From: Gammaproteobacteria bacterium
GTDB lineage: Bacteria; Pseudomonadota; Gammaproteobacteria; Eutrophobiales; Eutrophobiaceae
Direction: 5' to 3'
NCBI GenBank assembly: GCA_965116495.1
Contig: OZ220696.1
Coordinates: 1,664,001-1,728,000, forward strand
Length of the DNA: 64,000 nucleotides
Part shown: positions 48,325-59,225 of the stretch, piece by piece
Position numbering within the stretch: the stretch's first letter is position 1
Layout: every line of letters begins with the position of its first letter
The notes under the pieces: generated by a model
What the model was told of the DNA's origin: nothing
The model's input: the letters and a program-made list of their open reading frames with translations, nothing else
The model's database searches: none
Made by a program: the position numbers and the translations under genes

Positions 48325-48438
48325 TCACCCCTGCCGCTGTTTGTGACGCGGGTCGGAACAGATAACACGGACACTTCCCCGCCTGCGGATAATGCGGCAA
48401 TTTCTACATATCTTTTTTACAGAAGCCCTGACTTTCAT
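48325..48438 (-). CDS. rpmJ: 50S ribosomal protein L36 (not in ORF track)
   Basis: [37 protein letters not shown]. Confidence 0.96.
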   Translation of the reverse strand: MKVRASVKKICRNCRIIRRRGSVRVICSDPRHKQRQG

Positions 48439-48476
48439 TTCATTCTCCGCGCATATTCCGTTCATGGAAGCGCATT

Positions 48477-49820
48477 TCAACGCCGCCCATGGCTTTTCAG
48501 ATTGGCCTTCTTTAACGCGCCTTCGTATTGATGCGACATCAAATGGGCCTGAATTTGCGCCATAAAATCCATTACGACGACCACGATGATCAATAATGAC
48601 GTCCCACCGAAATAGAACGGCACGTTATATTGTATGATCAGGAACTCCGGCAACAGGCACACGAAAGTGATGTACAAGGCGCCGACCATGGTCAACTTTG
48701 TCAATACACCGTCAAGATACTTAGCTGTCTGTTCTCCGGGCCTCATCCCCGGTACAAACGCACCCGATTTTTTCAGGTTGTCCGCTGTTTCCCTCGGATC
48801 AAAAACCACGGCAGTGTAGAAAAAGCAGAAGAAAATGATCCCTGCGGCATAGAACGCGACGTATATCGGTTGTCCGGGTTGCAGCAATGTTGCCAGGTCC
48901 TGCAGCCAACGCATTTCCCGGGCCTGGCCCGCCCAGCTTGCCAGGGTCCCCGGAAACAGGATCAGGCTGGAAGCAAAAATCGGCGGAATAACCCCCGCCA
49001 TATTCAGCTTCAAGGGTAAATGGCTTGATTGGCCCGCGTACAGTTTTCGCCCTACCTGGCGTTGAGCATAATTTACCGTAATCCTGCGCTGTCCTCGCTC
49101 AATAAAAACGACAAAGCCTGTGACGGCGATGGCCAGGGTGAACAGGGTGAACACCATTATCAGGTGCAATTCACCGGTGCGGGATAACTCCAGCGTTCCG
49201 CCGATCGCGGACGGCAGGCCGGCAACGATACCGGCAAAAATGATCAATGAGATTCCGTTACCCACACCCCGCTCGGTGATCTGTTCCCCCAGCCACATCA
49301 GGAACATGGTCCCGGTTACCAGCGTGGTTACCGCGGTGACGCGAAAAGCGATCCCCGGGTCCATCACAACCGAACCGCCGGCAACCTGCTGACCCTCCAG
49401 CGCCAGCGATACGCCCAGTGCCTGGAACGTGGCCAGCAGCACCGTTCCGTAGCGCGTATACTGGGTGATCCTGCGGCGTCCCGCTTCACCTTCCCTGCGC
49501 AACTGCTTCAGGCGCGGGTCGACGAATGACAAAATCTGCATGATGATCGAGGCGGATATGTACGGCATGATGCCAAGGGCGACCACCGACAAGCGTTCCA
49601 GTGCGCCGCCGGAAAACATATTGAACATATCCAGGATAGTGCCCCGCTGTTGCTCGAACAGTTGTGCCAGGGTATCCGGGTTTATGCCAGGGACGGGAAT
49701 AAACGTACATATCCGGTAAATAAACAGGGCGAACAGGACGAACAGCAGCCGCCTGCGTAACTCCGTTACCTGGGTCAACCCGGCGAGACCGCCTGGTATT
49801 GCTGGATTTTTTGCTGCCAT
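48477..49820 (-). CDS. secY: Preprotein translocase subunit SecY
   Basis: [37 protein letters not shown]. Confidence 0.98.
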   Translation of the reverse strand: MAAKNPAIPGGLAGLTQVTELRRRLLFVLFALFIYRICTFIPVPGINPDTLAQLFEQQRGTILDMFNMFSGGALERLSVVALGIMPYISASIIMQILSFVDPRLKQLRREGEAGRRRITQYTRYGTVLLATFQALGVSLALEGQQVAGGSVVMDPGIAFRVTAVTTLVTGTMFLMWLGEQITERGVGNGISLIIFAGIVAGLPSAIGGTLELSRTGELHLIMVFTLFTLAIAVTGFVVFIERGQRRITVNYAQRQVGRKLYAGQSSHLPLKLNMAGVIPPIFASSLILFPGTLASWAGQAREMRWLQDLATLLQPGQPIYVAFYAAGIIFFCFFYTAVVFDPRETADNLKKSGAFVPGMRPGEQTAKYLDGVLTKLTMVGALYITFVCLLPEFLIIQYNVPFYFGGTSLLIIVVVVMDFMAQIQAHLMSHQYEGALKKANLKSHGRR

Positions 49821-49823
49821 GCC

Positions 49824-50258
49824 CTACTCTTCGAACTTCCCGCCGGCGGCTTCAATGGCAGCCCGCGCTCCCTTTGTTGCCCGAATTCCCTTGATGGTGA
49901 CTGCCTTACCGATCGTTCCGCTGGCAATAATTTTTACCCTCTTGATTTTCCACGGGATCAGCCCGGCTTTTTTCAACACATTCACGTCGATGGTTTCGGC
50001 TGCCGCTTTCTCCAGTTCATCAAGCCGGATTTCATCGGTAATCCGGGACAGGTAGGAGCGGAAACCAACCTTGGGCAATCGCCGCTGCAACGGCATCTGT
50101 CCACCCTCAAAACCTACCTTGTGATACCCGCCTGAGCGTGACTTCTGTCCCTTATGGCCGCGGCCTGCCGTCTTTCCATGTCCGGACCCGATACCCCGGC
50201 CCACTCGTTTGGCCGCACGTCTGGCGCCGTCCGCAGGCTTGATTGTATTAAGACGCAT
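49824..50258 (-). CDS. rplO: 50S ribosomal protein L15
   Basis: [18 protein letters not shown]. Confidence 0.97.
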   Translation of the reverse strand: MRLNTIKPADGARRAAKRVGRGIGSGHGKTAGRGHKGQKSRSGGYHKVGFEGGQMPLQRRLPKVGFRSYLSRITDEIRLDELEKAAAETIDVNVLKKAGLIPWKIKRVKIIASGTIGKAVTIKGIRATKGARAAIEAAGGKFEE

Positions 50259-50259
50259 T

Positions 50260-50454
50260 TCAGATTTCATCGATTGTTAACAAATAGGCCACCTTATTGA
50301 TCATGCCCCGGTTTTCCACAGTATCCGCAAGCGTTACCGAATGACCTATGCGGCGCAGACCCAGGCCCGCAACGCAGGCTTTGTGCTTTGCCGTCCTGCG
50401 GTTGACGCTGCGTTTCAAGGTAACCTTGATCTGTTTCTTTGTCTCGGCCATCAT
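50260..50454 (-). CDS. rpmD: 50S ribosomal protein L30
   Basis: [22 protein letters not shown]. Confidence 0.95.
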   Translation of the reverse strand: MMAETKKQIKVTLKRSVNRRTAKHKACVAGLGLRRIGHSVTLADTVENRGMINKVAYLLTIDEI

Positions 50455-50492
50455 TATCCCGGTGTTCTTTCGTATCCTATTCTAACCCATGC

Positions 50493-50999
50493 CTACCCGG
50501 TAATTTCTTCAACGGTTTTACCGCGTTTTGCCGCGAAATATTCCGGTGCATCCATCGACTGCAACCCTTTCATTGTCGTCCTGACCACGTTAATCGGATT
50601 GGTCGACCCCGTGCATTTTGCCAGCACGTTATTTACCCCGGCGCATTCAAAAACCGCCCGCATTGCACCGCCGGCAATAATACCCGTACCTTCCGAGGCC
50701 GGTTGCATGTACACCTTGGCAGCGCCGTGTCTTGCCGTGATTGCATAATGCAATGTATCACCGTTAAGCGGGACGGTAATCATGTTACGACGCGCTTTTT
50801 CCATGGCTTTCTGTATTGCAACCGGCACTTCCCGAGCCTTGCCCCGGCCAAACCCGACTCTGCCGTTTCCGTCTCCGACAACGGTCAATGCCGTAAAGCC
50901 GAATACACGCCCGCCTTTGACAACCTTGGCCACCCGGTTGACTGCTACCAATTTCTCCAGTAAGTCCTCATTACCGGTGATGGATTCTGATACCGCCAT
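50493..50999 (-). CDS. rpsE: 30S ribosomal protein S5
   Basis: [19 protein letters not shown]. Confidence 0.97.
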   Translation of the reverse strand: MAVSESITGNEDLLEKLVAVNRVAKVVKGGRVFGFTALTVVGDGNGRVGFGRGKAREVPVAIQKAMEKARRNMITVPLNGDTLHYAITARHGAAKVYMQPASEGTGIIAGGAMRAVFECAGVNNVLAKCTGSTNPINVVRTTMKGLQSMDAPEYFAAKRGKTVEEITG

Positions 51000-51021
51000 G
51001 CTGGTTTTATCTCCTCACCTG

Positions 51022-51375
51022 TTAGAATTTCATACCTTGTTCCCTGGCGGCGTCAGCCAACGCCTTCACCCTGCCATGGAAACTGAAACCTGAGCGGTCA
51101 AACGCAACCAGGTCTATGCCTGCTTTCAGCGCACGTTCTGCAACGACCTTGCCCACCACGGCTGCCGCCTCCTTGTTGCTGCTGTTCTTGATCCTGCCGC
51201 GCACTTCCTTATCCAGGGTGGATGCGCTTACCAGCACTTCCGACCCGCCCGCATTGATCACCTGGGCATAGATATGCCGCGGCGTGCGGAATACGCACAA
51301 CCTGTTCACGTCCTGCGTCTTGATACGCATGCGTGATTTTACCGCCCTTCTCAATCTTGCTGTCTTCTTCTTCAT
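51022..51375 (-). CDS. rplR: 50S ribosomal protein L18
   Basis: [26 protein letters not shown]. Confidence 0.97.
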   Translation of the reverse strand: MKKKTARLRRAVKSRMRIKTQDVNRLCVFRTPRHIYAQVINAGGSEVLVSASTLDKEVRGRIKNSSNKEAAAVVGKVVAERALKAGIDLVAFDRSGFSFHGRVKALADAAREQGMKF

Positions 51376-51908
51376 TACGCTTTCTTTGCTTCCTTACGCA
51401 GAATCTGCTCATTGGCGTAGCGCACTCCTTTCCCCTTATAAGGCTCGGGAGGCCGGTAACTGCGGATTTTCGCCGCCATCTGTCCGACCTTCTGTTTATC
51501 CGGACCCCTGACTACAATCTGGGTCTGGGTGGGGGTTTCGACCGAAATGCCGTCGGGAATATCAAGGTCTACCGGATGGGAAAACCCCAGGGCCAGGTTG
51601 ATGCTCCCCGGGTTTGCCTGGGCGCGATACCCCACCCCGATTATCTCGAGTTTAATCTCAAAACCGTCGGAAACCCCGGTCACCATATTCTGCAGAATTG
51701 CCCTGGTAGTGCCTGCCAGTGCCCGCGCCGACTTGGTGTTGTCCTTTGCTGAAAACTTCAGCAGGTTATCTTCCCGATCCAGGCGCACCAGTGAATGAAG
51801 CGTGTGTGTCAATTCACCTTTACCGCCCTTGATCCGCACCACTGCGTCATTCACGTCGACCTGCACGTTCTCAGGGACAGTTATCGGATTATTGGCAATT
51901 CTTGACAT
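51375..51908 (-). CDS. rplF: 50S ribosomal protein L6
   Basis: [19 protein letters not shown]. Confidence 0.97.
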   Translation of the reverse strand: MSRIANNPITVPENVQVDVNDAVVRIKGGKGELTHTLHSLVRLDREDNLLKFSAKDNTKSARALAGTTRAILQNMVTGVSDGFEIKLEIIGVGYRAQANPGSINLALGFSHPVDLDIPDGISVETPTQTQIVVRGPDKQKVGQMAAKIRSYRPPEPYKGKGVRYANEQILRKEAKKA

Positions 51909-51916
51909 ATCTTGTC

Positions 51917-52312
51917 CTACGCTACGATACAGATAATTTCACCGCCAATTCCCAGCTGCCTGGCGCTCTTGTCCGTCATCACGCCCCTGGAAGTGGATAT
52001 AATGGCCGTTCCTAGTCCCCCGTAAACCTGGGGCAACTTGTCGCTGGGGCTGTAACGGCGTAATCCCGGACTGCTGACACGCCGCAATAACTCGATCACA
52101 GGCTTGCCTTCAAAATACTTTAACTCTATTTCCAACACGGGCTTGACCGCGTCGTCATTCACTTTGAAGCCGGTAATATAGCCTTCTTGCCGGAGGATTT
52201 CTGCCACGGCAAGTTTGAATTTTGACGAAGGCATGCTGACTTCCCGCTTCAACCTTTCCTGGCCGTTGCGGACCCGTGTCAACATGTCCGATATTTGATC
52301 CTGTAAGCTCAT
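51917..52312 (-). CDS. rpsH: 30S ribosomal protein S8
   Basis: [24 protein letters not shown]. Confidence 0.97.
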   Translation of the reverse strand: MSLQDQISDMLTRVRNGQERLKREVSMPSSKFKLAVAEILRQEGYITGFKVNDDAVKPVLEIELKYFEGKPVIELLRRVSSPGLRRYSPSDKLPQVYGGLGTAIISTSRGVMTDKSARQLGIGGEIICIVA

Positions 52313-52343
52313 TATCTATTCTCTTGCAACCTCGTCGGTTTTC

Positions 52344-52649
52344 TCACCAGCTGGCCTTGACCAGACCCGGAATATCCCCGCGCATGGCGGCCTCGCGCAG
52401 CTTGTTTCTTCCCAGTCCGAATTTTCGATAATAACCATTCGGCCGCCCCGTCTGGCTGCACCGGTTCCTTAACCTGGAGGGACTGGAATCCCGGGGTAAC
52501 TTATTCAGTTTTACCCTCGCCTCCAGACGTTCTTCGGGAGTCAACGACATATCATTGATAGTGCGCTTTAAACCGGCGCGTTTCTCGGCATATTTCTTAA
52601 CCAGGCGCTCCCTTTTTCTTTCTCTGTTTACCATTGATCTTTTTGCCAT
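52344..52649 (-). CDS. rpsN: 30S ribosomal protein S14 (long, Zn-free type)
   Basis: [22 protein letters not shown]. Confidence 0.97.
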   Translation of the reverse strand: MAKRSMVNRERKRERLVKKYAEKRAGLKRTINDMSLTPEERLEARVKLNKLPRDSSPSRLRNRCSQTGRPNGYYRKFGLGRNKLREAAMRGDIPGLVKASW

Positions 52650-52659
52650 GATTCCTCCG

Positions 52660-53211
52660 TTATGAGCCGGCTTGATTCCGCAACGGAAAATTGAAGGCCT
52701 TCAGCAAGGCTTGTGCCTCTTCATCCGTTTTTGCAGACGTCGTGATCGTCACATCCAGGCCGCGCAATGTATCGATCTTGTCATAATCGATTTCGGGAAA
52801 AATAATCTGTTCCTTTACACCCAGGCTGTAATTGCCGCGTCCATCAAATGAACGCGGGCTCAAGCCACGAAAATCCCTGATCCGGGGTATGGCAACTGAA
52901 ATCAGCCTGTCCAGGAACTCATACATGCGTTTACGCCGCAGCGTAACCTTGCAACCGTTCGGAAAACCCTTCCTGACCTTGAAGTTTGCTACGGATTTCT
53001 TTGCGTTGACCACGATCGGTTTCTGCCCTGAAATGCGCGTCATGTCATCAACCGCGTGCTCAATCATTTTTTTATCGGCCATTGCTTTGCCCAATCCCAT
53101 GTTGAGCGTAATTTTGGTTATCTTCGGCACCTGCATCGGTGTCGAGTAACCGAACTGCTCCATCAACTGCGGGGCAACTGTAGTCCGGTAATATTCCTGT
53201 AATCTAGCCAT
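52660..53211 (-). CDS. rplE: 50S ribosomal protein L5
   Basis: [20 protein letters not shown]. Confidence 0.97.
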   Translation of the reverse strand: MARLQEYYRTTVAPQLMEQFGYSTPMQVPKITKITLNMGLGKAMADKKMIEHAVDDMTRISGQKPIVVNAKKSVANFKVRKGFPNGCKVTLRRKRMYEFLDRLISVAIPRIRDFRGLSPRSFDGRGNYSLGVKEQIIFPEIDYDKIDTLRGLDVTITTSAKTDEEAQALLKAFNFPLRNQAGS

Positions 53212-53225
53212 CTTGATAATGTCGT

Positions 53226-53546
53226 TTAAACATCGACCACTTCGTTATTTGATTTGAAGAAACGGACTTTCCGGCCGTCCTCCAAAAACCGGAATCCGAC
53301 ACGGTCCGGTCTGTTTGCCACCGGATTCCACAGCGCAATATTGGAAATCGCAAACGGCATCTCCTTCTCAATAATGCCCCCGGGCGCTCCCCGCATGGGG
53401 TTACCCTTGGTATGGCGTTTAGCCATATTGATGTTTTCAACGATAACCTTGTTCCCGTCTACATCAATATTCAGCACGATGCCGCGTTTACCCCTGTCCT
53501 TACCGGCAATCACGACTACTTCATCACCTTTTCGTATCCTGTTCAT
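53226..53546 (-). CDS. rplX: 50S ribosomal protein L24
   Basis: [17 protein letters not shown]. Confidence 0.97.
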   Translation of the reverse strand: MNRIRKGDEVVVIAGKDRGKRGIVLNIDVDGNKVIVENINMAKRHTKGNPMRGAPGGIIEKEMPFAISNIALWNPVANRPDRVGFRFLEDGRKVRFFKSNNEVVDV

Positions 53547-53559
53547 GGTCTGTCCCTGA

Positions 53560-53928
53560 TTATAAAACCTCGGGGGCGAGGGAAACGATTTTCATAAAAT
53601 TCTCACTTCTGAGTTCACGGGTAACCGGACCAAATATCCGGGTGCCGACAGGCTGCAACTGGTTATTCAGCAACACGGCGGCATTACTGTCGAACCGTAT
53701 CAGCGAACCGTCCGGCCTCCTCACTCCCTTTTTGGTCCGCACTACCACAGCGTTGTAAATCTCGCCTTTTTTAACCTTGCTCCTGGGGATAGCTTCCTTG
53801 ATGCTGACTTTAATCACGTCCCCTACTTTGGCATAACGCCTTTTCGAGCCGCCCAGGACCTTCACACACATGAGACGACGCGCACCGCTGTTGTCGGCGG
53901 CGCCCAGTATTGTCTGCATCTGAATCAT
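53560..53928 (-). CDS. rplN: 50S ribosomal protein L14
   Basis: [22 protein letters not shown]. Confidence 0.98.
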   Translation of the reverse strand: MIQMQTILGAADNSGARRLMCVKVLGGSKRRYAKVGDVIKVSIKEAIPRSKVKKGEIYNAVVVRTKKGVRRPDGSLIRFDSNAAVLLNNQLQPVGTRIFGPVTRELRSENFMKIVSLAPEVL

Positions 53929-53950
53929 CTCAACGCTCCGTTCAATTCCC

Positions 53951-53978
53951 CGTCATTCCTGCGCAAGCAGGAACCCAG
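53951..53978. repeat. Family A REP in the S10/spc intergenic region
   Basis: cgtcattcctgcgcaagcaggaacccag. Confidence 0.7.
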
Positions 53979-54064
53979 TTCAATGAAGCGCCGCCGGAGG
54001 CGGCTCATTGTTCTGCAGAATTCCGGTTTACGTACAAATGACGAATGAATTGTAAAGTTCTGCA

Positions 54065-54331
54065 TCATATTTCCTGAGCCTTGCTGATGATGCTGCGTAA
54101 GCGCCAGGCCTTGGTTTTGGAAACAGGCCGGGACGATTCAATGATGACCTTATCGCCTTCATTGCACTCGTTGTTTTCGTCATGCGCGAGCAGCCTCGTG
54201 GTACGCCGTATGTATTTCCCGTACAGCGGATGTTTAACGGTCCGCCCGACGTCCACAGCAATCGACTTGTCCATCTTGTTACTGACAACCGTCCCCGTCA
54301 GTGTTCTGGCTGATTTCCCGGATTCACTCAT
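54065..54331 (-). CDS. rpsQ: 30S ribosomal protein S17
   Basis: [23 protein letters not shown]. Confidence 0.97.
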   Translation of the reverse strand: MSESGKSARTLTGTVVSNKMDKSIAVDVGRTVKHPLYGKYIRRTTRLLAHDENNECNEGDKVIIESSRPVSKTKAWRLRSIISKAQEI

Positions 54332-54521
54332 CTTGTTTCGCTTTCTCGTTTAATACTGTCTTAACCCTGGCAATTTCCCGGCGCACTACCCTGAAACGGC
54401 CAGGGCTGCCGAGCTGGCCGGAACCTTTTTGCATACGCAGGTTAAATTGTTCACGCAACAGGTCCACGAGAAGTTCATTCAACTCCTCGGGTTTCTTGCT
54501 CCTTAATTCCGCTGCCTTCAT
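54324..54521 (-). CDS. rpmC: 50S ribosomal protein L29
   Basis: [23 protein letters not shown]. Confidence 0.96.
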   Translation of the reverse strand: MKAAELRSKKPEELNELLVDLLREQFNLRMQKGSGQLGSPGRFRVVRREIARVKTVLNEKAKQDE

Positions 54522-54934
54522 TAAAGTATGGTCCTGCTGACGAATATCGTTTTGACCGGTAATTTTGCCGCGGCAAGCTTGAAGGCATCTCTTGCCAGTT
54601 CTTCCGACACGCCTTCAATTTCGTACAGCATCTTTCCGGGTTGAACAACGGATACCCAGTATTCAACATTGCCTTTTCCCTTGCCTTGCCGCACCTCAAG
54701 GGGTTTTGTAGTGATCGGCTTGTCAGGAAAAATCCGGATCCAGACTTTTCCTCCCCGCTTGACTTTGCGGGTAATCGTCCGGCGGGCAGCCTCAATCTGG
54801 CGCGCAGTAATCCGGCCTCGGGTAATAGCCTTCAGCCCGAACTCGCCAAAACTGACCTTGTTGCCGTTGTTGGCGAGCCCGCGATTTCTACCTTTGCTTT
54901 GCTTTCTGAATTTGCTTCGTTTCGGTTGTAACAT
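54521..54934 (-). CDS. rplP: 50S ribosomal protein L16
   Basis: [20 protein letters not shown]. Confidence 0.97.
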   Translation of the reverse strand: MLQPKRSKFRKQSKGRNRGLANNGNKVSFGEFGLKAITRGRITARQIEAARRTITRKVKRGGKVWIRIFPDKPITTKPLEVRQGKGKGNVEYWVSVVQPGKMLYEIEGVSEELARDAFKLAAAKLPVKTIFVSRTIL

Positions 54935-54938
54935 TTGC

Positions 54939-55613
54939 TTATGCCCCGATCACAGGCGTTTCATCATCATCAGTCCTGTCTTCGACGTTGAATACTTCAC
55001 CCTTGAATATCCAGACCTTTACGCCGATGACTCCATAAGTCGTATTGGAGTTGGCAATCCCGTAATCAATATCGGCCCGTAAGGTGTGCAACGGTACCCG
55101 CCCCTCCCGATACCACTCGGAACGAGCGATTTCCGCGCCGTTCAAACGACCGCTGACATTGATTTTAATGCCCAGGGCACCAAGCCTCATTGAATTAGTT
55201 ACCGCGCGTTTCATGGCCCGCCTGAACATGATCTTTCTTTCGATTTGCTGGGCGACACTCTCCGCAACCAGGTTTGCATCGAGTTCTGGTTTCCTGATTT
55301 CCCGTACGCTGACTTTCGCCCTGATACCCATCATATCCGACACTTCCTGGCTTAACCGCTCAATGTCTTCTCCTTTCTTACCGATTACTATCCCTGGTCT
55401 TGCGCTGTGTATGATCACCTTGATTTCATTTGGGGGACGCTCGATCTGAATGCGGCTGACCGAAGCGTTAGCCAGTTTTTTCCTCAGGTATTCGCGTACC
55501 TGCAGGTCTGTATTCAAATACTTTGCATAATCTTTTGTATCGGCATACCAGGTTGAGGTCCAGTCCTTGATGATGCCGATACGAATACCCGTGGGGTGTA
55601 CTTTCTGTCCCAT
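54939..55613 (-). CDS. rpsC: 30S ribosomal protein S3
   Basis: [31 protein letters not shown]. Confidence 0.98.
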   Translation of the reverse strand: MGQKVHPTGIRIGIIKDWTSTWYADTKDYAKYLNTDLQVREYLRKKLANASVSRIQIERPPNEIKVIIHSARPGIVIGKKGEDIERLSQEVSDMMGIRAKVSVREIRKPELDANLVAESVAQQIERKIMFRRAMKRAVTNSMRLGALGIKINVSGRLNGAEIARSEWYREGRVPLHTLRADIDYGIANSNTTYGVIGVKVWIFKGEVFNVEDRTDDDETPVIGA

Positions 55614-55620
55614 AGTTTGT

Positions 55621-55956
55621 CTACTCTGTCGTCTCAGTGACTGTTATTACCAGGTGGCTGGTACGTTTGAAAATCCTGTCGGCGCGTCCGCGGGCCCTGG
55701 TCCGTAAGCGTTTGTGTGTAGGCCCCTTGTCAACGGTTATTGCAGTTATTTTCAGTTCGTCTATATCCGCAGCCTCGTTATGTTCGGCATTTGCAATCGC
55801 CGACTCCAGTACTTTCCTGACAATCCCGGCGGCCTTCTTGTTACTGTAAGCCAAAAGATTCAATGCGCGGTCGACCGGCAATCCACGCACCTGGTCTGCA
55901 ACCAGGCGCAGTTTTTGCGGCGCCATACTCACATACTTCAGACATGCAGTAGTCAT
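55621..55956 (-). CDS. rplV: 50S ribosomal protein L22
   Basis: [23 protein letters not shown]. Confidence 0.97.
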   Translation of the reverse strand: MTTACLKYVSMAPQKLRLVADQVRGLPVDRALNLLAYSNKKAAGIVRKVLESAIANAEHNEAADIDELKITAITVDKGPTHKRLRTRARGRADRIFKRTSHLVITVTETTE

Positions 55957-55974
55957 TGCCCTGTTGGTCTCCGG

Positions 55975-56250
55975 CTATTTTGCGGTTTTTTTATCCGCGG
56001 CATGGCCGCGAAACGTCCGGGTGATAGCAAACTCGCCCAGTTTATGACCGACCATGTTCTCTGTAATAAAAACCGGCACGTGGTCCCGGCCATTGTGTAT
56101 TGCAATGGTCAGTCCAACCATATCCGGCACTATCATTGACCTTCTGGACCACGTCTTGATGGGTCGTTTATCATTATTCTGCTTCGCAGTCTCGACCTTT
56201 CTGATCAGGTGGTGGTCTATGAACGGCCCTTTTTTAATTGAACGCGGCAT
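55975..56250 (-). CDS. rpsS: 30S ribosomal protein S19
   Basis: [24 protein letters not shown]. Confidence 0.98.
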   Translation of the reverse strand: MPRSIKKGPFIDHHLIRKVETAKQNNDKRPIKTWSRRSMIVPDMVGLTIAIHNGRDHVPVFITENMVGHKLGEFAITRTFRGHAADKKTAK

Positions 56251-56262
56251 TGCCAATCTCTC

Positions 56263-57087
56263 CTAGCTCTTCCTTTTACGAATAATCATATTATCGGTGC
56301 GTTTGTTCTTCCTTGTCTTGTAGCCTTTCGTGGGATAACCCCAGGGTGTGGAAGGGTGCCGTCCACCGGATGAACGTCCCTCACCGCCTCCATGGGGATG
56401 ATCTACCGGGTTCATCGCTACGCCACGTACCGTCGGCCGTATTCCGCGCCAGCGTTTCGCCCCTGCCTTGCCTAATTTTTGCAGAGAATGTTCGACGTTG
56501 CTGACCTCTCCGATAGTGGCGCGGCAATCCAGCGGCACCTTTCTCACTTCACCCGAACGCAGGCGCAATGTCGCATGCGCGCCCTCGCGAGCCACCAACT
56601 GGACGCTGGTACCGGCGCTGCGGGCAAGTTGTGCCCCTTTCCCCGGCTTTAATTCCACGCAATGAATGTTTGTTCCCATAGGAATATTACGCAGGGGCAG
56701 ACAATTCCCCGGCGCTATTTCAGCACGCGGCCCGGACATCAACGCGGCATCGACCGCCACACCGGACGGAGCAATAATGTAGCGGCGCTCGCCATCTGCA
56801 TAACATAACAGGGCAATATGCGCAGTCCGGTTCGGGTCGTATTCAATTCTCTCCACCCTGGCTGCTATGCCGTCCTTGTCCCGTTTGAAATCAATGAGCC
56901 GATAGCGTTGTTTTGCGCCCCCGCCCCGGTGTCTCACGGTAATTCTGCCGCGATTGTTGCGGCCGGCGGTCTTGCCCTGCTTTTCCACCAACGGGCTGTA
57001 CGGATCACCCTTGTACAAGTCCGGGTTAACGACCTTGACAACACCCCGGCGGCCTGCTGTAGTCGGTTTTGGTTTGATTAATGGCAT
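56263..57087 (-). CDS. rplB: 50S ribosomal protein L2
   Basis: [22 protein letters not shown]. Confidence 0.98.
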   Translation of the reverse strand: MPLIKPKPTTAGRRGVVKVVNPDLYKGDPYSPLVEKQGKTAGRNNRGRITVRHRGGGAKQRYRLIDFKRDKDGIAARVERIEYDPNRTAHIALLCYADGERRYIIAPSGVAVDAALMSGPRAEIAPGNCLPLRNIPMGTNIHCVELKPGKGAQLARSAGTSVQLVAREGAHATLRLRSGEVRKVPLDCRATIGEVSNVEHSLQKLGKAGAKRWRGIRPTVRGVAMNPVDHPHGGGEGRSSGGRHPSTPWGYPTKGYKTRKNKRTDNMIIRKRKS

Positions 57088-57094
57088 TTTTTCT

Positions 57095-57397
57095 TCAGGC
57101 TCCGATGAAATCTATGTCAAAGCCGGGTTTCAGCCTGACGTAGGCCTTCTTCCAGTCCGGGCGTTTACCCGGCGCCCGCCTGAACATCTTGCTCTTGCCG
57201 CGTACGTTCAGCACCTGTACCGACTCAACCTCGACTTCAAACATTTTTTCCACTGCTCTCTTAATATCCGGCTTGGTTGCATCACGCATCACCTTGAAAA
57301 CAAACTGCCGGTATTTATCAGCCGTAAACGTACTTTTTTCCGTTACACGCGGCTCCAGCAGAATTTTCATTAGCCTTTCGTCATTCATATCAGTCAT
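57095..57397 (-). CDS. rplW: 50S ribosomal protein L23
   Basis: PRVTEKS, ATKPDIK, WKKAYV. Confidence 0.97.
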   Translation of the reverse strand: MTDMNDERLMKILLEPRVTEKSTFTADKYRQFVFKVMRDATKPDIKRAVEKMFEVEVESVQVLNVRGKSKMFRRAPGKRPDWKKAYVRLKPGFDIDFIGA

Positions 57398-57472
57398 GTC
57401 TTCACCTGCCCCGGGGCCGGTCCCCTGTTGATGCGGGCATGGCGCGGTGCGCCGTTCATGGCAGGTGGACGG

Positions 57473-58189
57473 TCAGCCATCCGCAGCATTATCGTCTCCC
57501 CCGTCTTGCGCCTCTGCGCCTGCGGCCTCGTTTTCGTTGACTTCCGGTTCCCCTTCCGTGGCGTCGGTGTTCGGCCCCAGCCATTTTTCCACTGCTTCCA
57601 GAGCCGGCCTGGTAATCAGCACCCGGTCGAACCCGACCAGTGAATACGGGTCCATCTCATGGGTTTCCATTACGGCAACCCGGGCCAGGTTACGGGTTGC
57701 CAAGTGTAATTCTTCGCTGATGGAATCGGTAATAATCAGCACCTCGTCCAGGCCCAGTTCCGCCAATAACTCTACCGCTGCCTTTGTCTTCGCCAAACTC
57801 AGTTTCAACTGGTCAATGCACAGCAGCCTTTCCTGGCGCACCAGTTCAGACAGAATTGACCGCAAGGCCCCGCGATACATTTTCCTGTTCACTTTCCTGG
57901 CAAAATTACGCTGGTTGTTTGCGAATGTAACGCCGCCACCTCGCCAGATTGGACTCCTGATCGTCCCGGCCCTGGCCCGGCCAAGACCTTTCTGGCGCCA
58001 GGGCTTTTTCCCGCCGCCTCTCACCGCGGCGCGGTTTTTAAGCGATTTGAATGCAGACCTGCCGGTCGACAGGTAAGAGGTGATCACCTGGTGTACGAGG
58101 GGTTCATTGTAATCGGCGCCGAATACCTCGTCGGCAACTTTCAGGCGGCCTGCCCGTTTTTTCCCGGCTTTAAGCATTGACAATTCCAC
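57473..58189 (-). CDS. rplD: 50S ribosomal protein L4 with acidic C-terminal extension
   Basis: GGGKKPWRQKG.GRARAG, SPIWRGGG; GTG 58189 follows GGAGG. Confidence 0.95.
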   Translation of the reverse strand: MELSMLKAGKKRAGRLKVADEVFGADYNEPLVHQVITSYLSTGRSAFKSLKNRAAVRGGGKKPWRQKGLGRARAGTIRSPIWRGGGVTFANNQRNFARKVNRKMYRGALRSILSELVRQERLLCIDQLKLSLAKTKAAVELLAELGLDEVLIITDSISEELHLATRNLARVAVMETHEMDPYSLVGFDRVLITRPALEAVEKWLGPNTDATEGEPEVNENEAAGAEAQDGGDDNAADG

Positions 58190-58199
58190 CCCGAACCTC

Positions 58200-58847
58200 C
58201 TACGCGCCTGTTGACTTGACCGCGGGCCTGACGATGAGCGTCCCACCGGCGGCGCCTGGGACAGAACCCTTGACAAGCACCAGGTTCCGTTCCTTATCAA
58301 CCCGGACAACCTCCAGGTTCTGTGCCGTCTGTTTTACATTGCCCATGTGGCCGGCCATCTTCTTGCCGGGGAAAACACGCCCGGGTGACTGGTTCTGACC
58401 TATCGAACCTGGGGCCCGGTGGGCACGGGAGTTACCGTGACTGTTGCGCTGACTGCTGAAATTGTGCCGTTTTATCACTCCTGCGTAGCCTTTTCCGATT
58501 GACTTGCCGGTCACGTCGACTTTCTGTCCTGTCTTGAAAATATCCACCGTTATTTCAGAACCCATACCCAGTTCCCCGGCTTCGTTTCCGTCCAGCCTGA
58601 ATTCATGCAGACCCTCGGCAGATTCCACATCGGCCCTGGCCAGCGTTCCGGCCCGGGGTTTATTGATCAGGTTGCGGCGCTTACCGCCGTAAGCGACCTG
58701 CACGGCGCGGTATCCATGTTGCTCGACGGTGGCCAGGGAGGTAATCCTGTTGGGGCCTGCCTCGATCACGGTTACAGGCACAGACTGGCCTGTTTCCGTG
58801 AATATCCGGGTCATCCCCCGCTTTTTTCCCACTATTCCTATCGCCAT
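58200..58847 (-). CDS. rplC: 50S ribosomal protein L3
   Basis: [27 protein letters not shown]. Confidence 0.98.
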   Translation of the reverse strand: MAIGIVGKKRGMTRIFTETGQSVPVTVIEAGPNRITSLATVEQHGYRAVQVAYGGKRRNLINKPRAGTLARADVESAEGLHEFRLDGNEAGELGMGSEITVDIFKTGQKVDVTGKSIGKGYAGVIKRHNFSSQRNSHGNSRAHRAPGSIGQNQSPGRVFPGKKMAGHMGNVKQTAQNLEVVRVDKERNLVLVKGSVPGAAGGTLIVRPAVKSTGA

Positions 58848-58876
58848 CTTTCTGACCCGTTATGTTCCTGTGATCT

Positions 58877-59191
58877 TCAGCTCAGCCTAATCTGGACGTC
58901 CACGCCCGCGGCCAGGTCAAGTTTCATTAGTGCGTCAACCGTTTTATCCGTGGGGTTGACGATATCCACCAGGCGCTTGTGGGTCCTGATCTCGTACTGG
59001 TCCCTGGCATCCTTGTTGACGTGGGGCGATATCAGGACGGTGTAACGTTCTTTTTTTGTCGGCAACGGGATCGGCCCCTTCACCTGCGCGCCGGTGCGGC
59101 GCGCGGTCTCTACGATTTCGCGGGTCGACTGGTCGATTAGCCGGTGGTCGAACGCTTTCAGCCTGATCCTTATTATCTGTTGTTCTGCCAT
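58877..59191 (-). CDS. rpsJ: 30S ribosomal protein S10
   Basis: [26 protein letters not shown]. Confidence 0.98.
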   Translation of the reverse strand: MAEQQIIRIRLKAFDHRLIDQSTREIVETARRTGAQVKGPIPLPTKKERYTVLISPHVNKDARDQYEIRTHKRLVDIVNPTDKTVDALMKLDLAAGVDVQIRLS

Positions 59192-59225
59192 AGTTTTGTC
59201 ACTCTGTTCTCAGTACCTGATGTAT

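Noticed and set aside
58190-58309. N-terminal extensions in the ORF track (rplD, also rplQ, rpsD, moeA, pqqE, dioxygenase alpha)
   Set aside because: They overlap neighbouring genes or repeats; downstream starts fit RBS position or family homology better
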